This document shows positions 57,637 to 64,000 of a DNA stretch of 64,000 nucleotides, piece after piece. The notes beneath the pieces were generated by a model. That model had not been told where the DNA came from. It saw nothing but the letters and a program-made list of their open reading frames with translations, and searched no databases. The first letter of the stretch is position 1. Each line of letters starts with the position of its first letter. The translations under genes were made by a program, and so were the position numbers. This DNA is from Kiritimatiellia bacterium (GTDB lineage Bacteria; Verrucomicrobiota; Kiritimatiellia; RFP12; UBA1067): assembly GCA_017962315.1 (NCBI GenBank), contig JAGCVN010000069.1, positions 975 through 64,974 on the forward strand, in the 5' to 3' direction.

Positions 57637-58622
57637 TTATTCCTGCAAGGTACGGAAATATTCGATTGTTTTTGCGAGTCCAACCTTCAGCGGGACTTTG
57701 GGCAACCAGTTGAGGAGTTCTTTGGCGAGGGTGATGTCGGATTTGCGGCGCGTGGGATCGTCTGGCGGAAGCGGTTTATAGATTAACTGAGACTTCGATT
57801 CGGAAATCAGCTTCAATGTTTCTTCTGCGAGCTGGTTGATGGTATATTCGTCTGGATTGCCAGTGTTGATTACAGATGCGCCAAGTTGATGTTTCGCACA
57901 AAAGGCATCAATCACCTCGCATGGCAATTTCATGTACCGGCGTATCGCCTCGATAAGATCATCTCAGTTTTGGAACGAGCGCGTTTGCTCACCATCTCCG
58001 AATAGCGTAATATCCTTGTTGTTCAAGGCTTGCATGATGAAATTGGAGATGACACGTCCATCGTTCGGATGCATGTGCGGTCCATACGTATTAAAGATAC
58101 GCACCATACGGACATCGATACCGTATTCGCGGCGATAGTCGGCGGCCAGCGTCTCGGCGCAACGCTTGCCCTCATCGTAGCAGCTACGGATTCCGATGGT
58201 GTTGACGTTCCCCCAGTAGCTCTCGACTTGCGGATGACAAGCGGATCGCCGTAGATTTCACTCGTGGAAGTATGCAGAATCTTCGCCTTGGTTTTGAGCG
58301 CAAGTTCCAGCATGTTCATCATACCGAGGACACTCGACTTTGTCGTCTCGACGGGATTGTGCTGATAATGAATCGGACTCGCCGGACAAGCCAGATTATC
58401 AATTTCGTCGAACTGTCCCCAGAACGGTTACGTGACGTCATGCAGCACAAACGAAAAGTACCGATTGTTCATCAGCTCCTCGATGTTCCGCTTCGTCCCC
58501 GTAAATAGATTGTCAAGCGCCGTCACTTCGTATCCGTCTTTAAGCAGCCGCCTGCACAGATGGCTTTCAAGAAAACCCGCCGCACCAGTAACCAACGCCT
58601 TCTTAGGCAGTGTCAATTTCAT
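57637..58622 (-). pseudogene. UDP-glucuronate decarboxylase (UXS), disrupted
   Basis: The N-terminus is intact ([14 protein letters not shown]). TAA at 58428-58430 follows HDVT. A 1-nt deletion near 58236 makes [17 protein letters not shown] readable only after a shift. TGA at 57964-57966 (SFQN-stop-DDLIEA). The C-terminus is intact. Confidence 0.8.
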
Positions 58623-58696
58623 TTACTCCGTCCTCTATGAACTGCAGAATTCACAGAATACGCGGGGCAAAACTCCCATATCTTTGTTCTGTGTGT

Positions 58697-59512
58697 TCAG
58701 TGTTTTCCGTGGTTGATTTTCCTTCTGATACTTGAAAAGTACTTCCATTTACCTCTTGCGAAGACATATCCCGGTTTGCCATCGAGGATGCCGAGCTTGA
58801 GGAAGTAGCACGCGAAGAAATACGCAAAGCCAAACCACGGCTGCTTGATGAGCCCGTATTTGATGCGCTGGCGACGCGTGAGTTTTGAGAAGTCGCCCTT
58901 CAACGCCTTGTAACGATTGGCCTCCCAGTTGGCGTATTCCTCATGCTTCTTGTAATAGCTCTCAAGACTCCGCTTGTCGTAATGCTCAAGACGCGCTTTT
59001 ATGACACCGATCTCTCCATCTACTTGAAGATGCTCGTGAATCTCCATATCCAGACTGGACCACCCATGTTCGTCGATCTTCTCGTACTCTCCCGTCCCAA
59101 GCCGTAAAATCGCCGTCTTGCGCATGACATCGCCGTGGCGAAGCATTCGATCCATGAACCAGTTGTCATAGTAGCAGATGAACGCATTGCATTTCGTCTC
59201 CGCCAGCGTCTTCTCCGTCTCCGCGCAGAATGCAGGCGTAATCCGCTCATCCGCATCAAGGAACATCACCCACGACGTCTTGAACTTGTAGTTCCGCAGA
59301 ATCCAATTGCGCTTCTTCGGAAACTCGCCATTCCACTTGAACTGCACCACCTCGCGCCCGAACTCTGCCGCGATTTCAAGCGTCCGGTCCGTGCTGCCGG
59401 AATCCACCACCACGACATACCGAAACGCCTTGACATTCTCAAGACACCCCGGCAAATTCCGTTCCTCGTTTTTCACAGGAACGACAATGGTTAACTGTTC
59501 ATCAAATGACAT
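58697..59512 (-). CDS. glycosyltransferase family 2
   Basis: ORF 58697-59536. The ATG at 59512 has GGAGA 7 nt upstream (MSFDEQLTIVVPVKNEERNL). Also VVDSGSTDRT, LDADE and C-terminal YFLKLGILDG. Confidence 0.8.
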   Translation of the reverse strand: MSFDEQLTIVVPVKNEERNLPGCLENVKAFRYVVVVDSGSTDRTLEIAAEFGREVVQFKWNGEFPKKRNWILRNYKFKTSWVMFLDADERITPAFCAETEKTLAETKCNAFICYYDNWFMDRMLRHGDVMRKTAILRLGTGEYEKIDEHGWSSLDMEIHEHLQVDGEIGVIKARLEHYDKRSLESYYKKHEEYANWEANRYKALKGDFSKLTRRQRIKYGLIKQPWFGFAYFFACYFLKLGILDGKPGYVFARGKWKYFSSIRRKINHGKH

Positions 59513-59589
59513 ATGGCGATCTCCATCATGCAGCATCCATCAGCTGCCAATCGCCATATGGCATAGTGAACTTGATTACAAGGATTTTA

Positions 59590-59609
59590 CCCCCCCCCCC
59601 CCCCCCCCC
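59590..59609. repeat. homopolymer C20 (G20 on the coding strand) between two GT2 genes
   Basis: Counted directly as 1+10+9 C. It lies 78 nt upstream of ATG 59512 and 72 nt downstream of the stop at 59681. Confidence 0.9.
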
Positions 59610-59680
59610 TGAGAGGTTTCAATATTCCTCAAATCACGCAACACCGCCGTACACATGAATTCGTAATGTGCCTGCATTCG

Positions 59681-60418
59681 TCAATACAACCATCCTACAG
59701 GACCGTCCAAAATGTCGCCCTTAACGAATAACAGGTAAAATAGCTTTATCCATGCCCGCCCAGGCAAGTTAGACACAAGTCGCTTCAATCTACGCCGCCG
59801 CGAAAGAGCATCATCCCCTACAATGGCTATATTCGCCTTCTCATCAGCGATCTGCTGTTCAGCCTCCCTTAGCGCATACTTTGCATGCTTCTCAAACCAA
59901 TCACCAAGACCCTTAGAAAAGTTGTAGTGAATATACGCTTCCTTCATGTACCCGATGCCGCGTTTTGCCTCACCTTCTCGCTGGCCGTGTCCGTGCGCGA
60001 CAAAGCGTATCTCTCCAAGCTTGTGGAAGCGCATCTGATAGACAGGGAACTGGCTTGCATGCTTGATCCACTTCCCCATCAGCATCATTTTGTTAGCCAC
60101 ATAATAGGCGCTCTTTTCGTCCCGCTTACTCAACTCTTCGCATTCCGCCCGCAGCTCAGGAGTAAACCGCTCGTCTGCATCAAGGTCGAACACCCACTCG
60201 TGTTTCCACTTACAGTTGTCAATGCCGTAGTTGCGCTGATTCCCGAAATTGTCAAATGGGCGCGTAATGACATTCGCGCCCATCTCCTTGGCAATCTCAA
60301 CCGTCCGATCTTTCGATCCGCAATCCAAGACCCAGATGTCATCGCACCACGAGATGCTTTCAAGGCACTCGCGGATGTTTATCTCCTCGTTCCCGGTCAG
60401 TATGAGAATCGAGAACAT
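59681..60418 (-). CDS. glycosyltransferase family 2
   Basis: 245 aa with MFSILILTGNEEINI, VLDCGSKDRT and DLDADE. The start abuts the galE stop. Confidence 0.8.
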   Translation of the reverse strand: MFSILILTGNEEINIRECLESISWCDDIWVLDCGSKDRTVEIAKEMGANVITRPFDNFGNQRNYGIDNCKWKHEWVFDLDADERFTPELRAECEELSKRDEKSAYYVANKMMLMGKWIKHASQFPVYQMRFHKLGEIRFVAHGHGQREGEAKRGIGYMKEAYIHYNFSKGLGDWFEKHAKYALREAEQQIADEKANIAIVGDDALSRRRRLKRLVSNLPGRAWIKLFYLLFVKGDILDGPVGWLY

Positions 60419-61399
60419 CTATTCCCCCTCCTCGTATCCATTCGGGAACTTCTGATGCGCCGCCCAGGCATCCCTTACAATCGTCTCAATGTCGCTGTGT
60501 TTCGGATTCCAGCCCATCACCTCGCGAGCTTTGCTACCACTCGCATACAACGCCGGCGGATCTCCAGGACGACGCGGACACATCTTCACGGGGATTGGAT
60601 GCCCCGTCACCTTTCGACACGCCTCGACGATTTCCTTTACTGATATTCCCTTGCCCGTACCGAGGTTGAATGCTCCTACCGCTTCTTTCTCCAACGCCAG
60701 GATATGCGCACTTGACAAATCCTCAAGATGCACATAATCGCGGATACATGTTCCATCTGGCGTTGGATAGTCATCGCCAAACACCTGAACAAACTCCTTC
60801 TGCCCCAAAGCGACCTTCAACACGTTCGGAATGATGTGTGTCTCCGGCTCATGATCTTCGACCATACCCAATGCCGCCCCTGCCGCATTGAAGTACCTCA
60901 GGAACGTAGGCTTGAATCCTTTTGTCTCTTGAAGCCAGATACACATCTGTTCGAACATCAGCTTGGAATGTCCGTATGGGTTCGTCGGCTTCTGCTGCAT
61001 GGTCTCGTCAATCGGCAGACTTGGCGGAACTCCGTATGTTGCGCAGCTCGACGAGAAGATTATCCGTTTGCATCCGACCTCATCCATCGCCGAAAGCAGG
61101 TTCACACCGCCTTTGACATTGTTTTCAAAGTACATCATCGGATTCGCCATGCTCTCGCCGACGAGTGCATACGCCGCAAAATGCAAGACTGCGTCAGGCA
61201 TGACCTTCTTCATGGCTGCCAGAATCTCGTCTGCATTCCTTAGATCGCCGATTATCAATTCCGACCTTGCATCGGCATTGCACCGATGTCCGCGTTCAAG
61301 ATTGTCGAACACGGTTACATCGTAGCCGCGTTCCAATAGCCTTTTCGTGACAACGCTACCAATATAGCCACTGCCGCCAGTTACAAGAACATTTTTCAT
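60419..61399 (-). CDS. galE: UDP-glucose 4-epimerase
   Basis: 326 aa with VLVTGGSGYIGS and YGHSK (YxxxK). Confidence 0.88.
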   Translation of the reverse strand: MKNVLVTGGSGYIGSVVTKRLLERGYDVTVFDNLERGHRCNADARSELIIGDLRNADEILAAMKKVMPDAVLHFAAYALVGESMANPMMYFENNVKGGVNLLSAMDEVGCKRIIFSSSCATYGVPPSLPIDETMQQKPTNPYGHSKLMFEQMCIWLQETKGFKPTFLRYFNAAGAALGMVEDHEPETHIIPNVLKVALGQKEFVQVFGDDYPTPDGTCIRDYVHLEDLSSAHILALEKEAVGAFNLGTGKGISVKEIVEACRKVTGHPIPVKMCPRRPGDPPALYASGSKAREVMGWNPKHSDIETIVRDAWAAHQKFPNGYEEGE

Positions 61400-61441
61400 T
61401 GATGTCCCCTTTTTCTCAAGTTAATTTCCTGCTGAATCATA

Positions 61442-61498
61442 CCGGCAGATTCCGTTCTTCGTTTTTTCTCCAGAAACGACAACCGTCAGACAATCATC
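61442..61498 (-). pseudogene. 5'-terminal remnant of a GT2 gene
   Basis: About 75% identical by hand to 59449-59503, the N-terminal codons (LTIVVPVKNEERNLPG) of the 58697-59512 gene. The frame is broken. Confidence 0.5.
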
Positions 61499-61682
61499 AA
61501 CCATGCCTCATCCGCCCTTCTTCGAGTACGTCTGCCGCGATGAACTCCCGTCAGAACGAGAGATCAAACAGCACACTCAAATCTCACACAGCATAGCCGT
61601 CTCGTCTCTCAACACCCGTTATTGTAAACTTTGCAGGATTGTCGACGCGACGTCATAACAAGTCTTTCCATAATTTCACTTA

Positions 61683-62414
61683 TCATTTACGAAGCGTCAA
61701 CGCTTTCTGCAAATCTATTCTGTAGCAGAAGCCTGGCAACTCTTTATGTTTCAGCATCTCTGACTTAAAGGATGGATCGGGAATGCGCCATGGGCCAAAC
61801 TCGCTATCCAGCACTTCGATATAGTTTTCCGGAATCATTGTTTCTACGCCATGCACAGTCACTTGCTTGACACCCGTCGGCCTTACATATTCAAACTCAA
61901 GCAAATGGTTCGCACGTACATTAGGGTACGAACGCTTTGGATCCCATCGCGGGAAGCTCTCGTACATCTTTTCAGGAGCATCTGGTGAATACCTGCATGA
62001 AAACACATCGATAGTTATGCCGGTTCTATCCCTAATTGTAAACTCCAATATTTGCCCATCATATTCAAGGCACTGAACAAAGCCATATCCCGCATCAACG
62101 AATGTCTGCAACACATCCGACAACCCAATTTTCGCAGGGGGTACACAGATATCTATGTCATCATCATGTTTGATGAACCCCCCGTCGCGGATTATTCCAA
62201 GTAATGTCCCTGCTTCGCAATAATATTGGATACCATTTTTCGTTAGCAACTTATGCAGACGGGACAATACGTCATACCCATGCTTGTGCAATCGTTTTCT
62301 CCGCATCGGAATGACGATTGACCTCCAAGAGCGTTGCAACCGCGGGTAAACCTGACGTCCAAACACTGACGTCTTTAAGAGATTTTGTAACCACACTTTA
62401 AGTGTCTGCATCAT
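61683..62414 (-). CDS. licD: LicD-family phosphotransferase (LicD/FKTN-like)
   Basis: 243 aa with CEAGTLLGIIRDGGFIKHDDDIDICV (DxD motif). Confidence 0.75.
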   Translation of the reverse strand: MMQTLKVWLQNLLKTSVFGRQVYPRLQRSWRSIVIPMRRKRLHKHGYDVLSRLHKLLTKNGIQYYCEAGTLLGIIRDGGFIKHDDDIDICVPPAKIGLSDVLQTFVDAGYGFVQCLEYDGQILEFTIRDRTGITIDVFSCRYSPDAPEKMYESFPRWDPKRSYPNVRANHLLEFEYVRPTGVKQVTVHGVETMIPENYIEVLDSEFGPWRIPDPSFKSEMLKHKELPGFCYRIDLQKALTLRK

Positions 62415-62415
62415 G

Positions 62416-62847
62416 CTACAAATCCTTGATGATAGCTTTCAACTTCGTCGTCGAAATACCTTCAGTTCTCGGCAATGTTACCACATCCTTGCCATTCTCA
62501 GAACACCACTTAAAAAGGCGTTGAAAACGCTCGTTTGTATGCTCTGGCCCGACAACAAGAATATTGAAATCGAGATCTTTGACCGCGTCAATTCCGACAA
62601 CATCATACGGAATCGCCTTATCAACCGTTCGCAGGGTCTCAATCATCTTCTGCCGCGTTGCAAAGTCATAAACACTTTTGCATCCAGGTTTGTATTTTTC
62701 GATCATTTCGTCGATTTGCAACATCACATAGACCTTGCCGTTTTCGCCAACAAGTTCTCGGATTCTGCGGAATAACTCAAAATGGCCGAAATGGAGTAGG
62801 TCAAAGACTCCAAACGTTATGGCTGTCTTGCCGGTGTAGTCGTTCAT
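62416..62847 (-). CDS. cytidylyltransferase, TagD-like (glycerol-phosphate cytidylyltransferase family)
   Basis: 143 aa with FGVFDLLHFGHFELF (HxGH) and LPRTEGISTTKLK. Confidence 0.78.
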   Translation of the reverse strand: MNDYTGKTAITFGVFDLLHFGHFELFRRIRELVGENGKVYVMLQIDEMIEKYKPGCKSVYDFATRQKMIETLRTVDKAIPYDVVGIDAVKDLDFNILVVGPEHTNERFQRLFKWCSENGKDVVTLPRTEGISTTKLKAIIKDL

Positions 62848-63452
62848 TTCTGCATAGCCTCCATAATTGCATCATACAGTTCATCGTATTTCTCCAACGC
62901 CGGAACATCAGGATTCTCAGTCTTGATTTTTTCTGGAGCACGGAAGAGGAACCCAGCCTTTGATGCGCGAATCATCTCAAGGTCGTTGTAGCTGTCGCCG
63001 GCGGCGATGGTCTCAACGCCACCACAGGATTGTAGACCCCGCACGGTGTCAAGCTTCGTGTGGGCCGAGCGCAACTTGTAGCCGCACATGTAACCGTCAG
63101 AATCGACTACCACATCGTTGTGGAACAAGGTCGGCCAGCCGAGTTTGCGCATCAACGGACGTCCAAAAATATCAAATGTATCTGATACAACCACAACCTG
63201 ACAAACCTCTCGAAGCCGCGCAATGAACTCCTTCGCCCCATCAAACGGCTCAATGGTATTGATCACTTCGATAAGTTTATCAAGCGTGAATCCATATTTC
63301 CTCATCAAGTCAATGCGGAAGTGCATCAACTTGTCGAAATCGGGTTCGTCGCGCGTGGTGCGCTTGAAATCTGGAATGCCCACCTTGTCGGCAAACGCAA
63401 TCCAATTCTCAGGAGTCAGTACTCCTTCCATGTCAAGGCATACTATAGTCAT
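62844..63452 (-). CDS. HAD-family phosphoserine phosphatase / phosphotransferase, ThrH-like
   Basis: 202 aa. MTIVCLDMEGVLTPENWIAFADKVGI...TTRDEPDFDKLM and AAGDSYNDLEM closely track ThrH as I remember it. Confidence 0.7.
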   Translation of the reverse strand: MTIVCLDMEGVLTPENWIAFADKVGIPDFKRTTRDEPDFDKLMHFRIDLMRKYGFTLDKLIEVINTIEPFDGAKEFIARLREVCQVVVVSDTFDIFGRPLMRKLGWPTLFHNDVVVDSDGYMCGYKLRSAHTKLDTVRGLQSCGGVETIAAGDSYNDLEMIRASKAGFLFRAPEKIKTENPDVPALEKYDELYDAIMEAMQK

Positions 63453-63454
63453 CG

Positions 63455-63991
63455 TTATTCCTCTTTACCATTTATCGGGAAAGTCTCTTCAAGTTCAGCA
63501 AAAGCATCCTCCCATTCCGCCTTGCTCACAGGTCGTTCCTTTATAACCCTTGCCGGATTGCCGCCAACGACCGTCCACGCAGGAACATCCTTCACAACAA
63601 CGGCGCGAGCTGCAATGACCGCCCCATCGCCGATCGTGACGCCGGGGCCGATATAGGCTTCAGCGCCTATCCATACTCCACTCCCGATTTTGATTGGCGC
63701 GGTCGTAAGCGGGCGCCCAACATCTGAAATATCATGACTAGCCGTACAAAGAAAAGCGCGGCGGCTTATGGACACCATGTGTCCCATGGTAATCGGGGCG
63801 ACATTGTAAATATCTACATTTTCGTCAATGGCGACGGACCGCCCCGTGCGCAGATTCCACGGAGCCCATATTTTTGCACTCGGAAAATATTGAGCCTGAT
63901 ACCATGTCCGGGCACCAAACAGCCGCAGTAAAAGATTCCGCCACAACTGAAAGGGATAGATGCGAGCAAACGTAAAACGAAAGAACAACAC
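63455..63991 (-). CDS. hexapeptide-repeat acetyltransferase (WcaF-like)
   Basis: 178 aa with left-handed beta-helix repeats ([31 protein letters not shown]) and GGNPARVI. Confidence 0.75.
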   Translation of the reverse strand: MLFFRFTFARIYPFQLWRNLLLRLFGARTWYQAQYFPSAKIWAPWNLRTGRSVAIDENVDIYNVAPITMGHMVSISRRAFLCTASHDISDVGRPLTTAPIKIGSGVWIGAEAYIGPGVTIGDGAVIAARAVVVKDVPAWTVVGGNPARVIKERPVSKAEWEDAFAELEETFPINGKEE

Positions 63992-64000
63992 ATAAACGCA

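Noticed and set aside
52517-57640. Prophage origin of the gtrABC/acyltransferase block
   Set aside because: No integrase, att-like tRNA end, or phage structural or regulatory genes occur anywhere in the window. I keep it only as an analogy.

Overview
Bacterial chromosomal window with two very different halves.

(1) Bases 1-29.3 kb are high-GC core genome with genes on both strands:
- FGE-domain lipoprotein, parvulin PPIase and hemL
- a Hanks-type Ser/Thr kinase interrupted by a single in-frame TAG
- a pyrK-like flavoprotein, a DUF456-like protein and tRNA-Ser(UGA)
- argJ, fabH, hom-lysC and proB-proA
- class III ribonucleotide reductase nrdD-nrdG and a DUF2723-like membrane protein
- dinB, an ECF sigma/anti-sigma pair and aroC
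- archaeal-type apgM, a eukaryote-type UDP-sugar pyrophosphorylase, a HAD phosphatase and an ABC-F ATPase

nrdDG plus a superoxide reductase point to an anaerobe. The family content suggests the PVC superphylum, but this is inference only.

(2) From a strong hairpin terminator at 29336-29368 to the window end (at least 34.6 kb), every credible gene is on the minus strand. These genes form a surface-glycan (O-antigen/capsule-like) island whose GC content falls stepwise. My hand counts of single 60-nt lines are 63% at 9001, 58% at 15001, 55% at 36001, 43% at 53401 and 38% at 55201.

The island carries:
- GT4 and GT2 glycosyltransferases and a methyltransferase
- a CDP-3,6-dideoxyhexose module (rfbF/G/H-like) next to an acetolactate-synthase-like ThDP enzyme, an HpcH-like aldolase and a HAD hydrolase
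- ugd and galE
- a gtrA/gtrB/gtrC-like module with an acyltransferase-3 gene
- a ThrH-like/TagD-like/LicD-like trio
- two toxin-antitoxin pairs (vapBC, HEPN-MNT) and an AAA/DUF4143-like ATPase
- a RAYT-like HUH-domain fusion gene
- several decayed genes and gene fragments

I saw no rRNA, CRISPR array, integrase or complete IS element. I did not find a clean, self-contained novel defence system.

The best candidates for undescribed biology are:
- (a) the RAYT-like/unknown-domain fusion gene, translationally coupled inside the sugar operon and carrying its own REP-like repeats
- (b) the predicted branched-chain dideoxy-sugar pathway
- (c) the gtr/acyltransferase cassette bracketed by about 108-bp direct repeats derived from GT2 3' ends
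- (d) a C20 homopolymer and a heptanucleotide repeat as possible phase-variation switches
- (e) the kinase whose only lesion is a TAG at the invariant VAIK lysine codon

All family assignments come from motif recognition by eye. No database search was possible.
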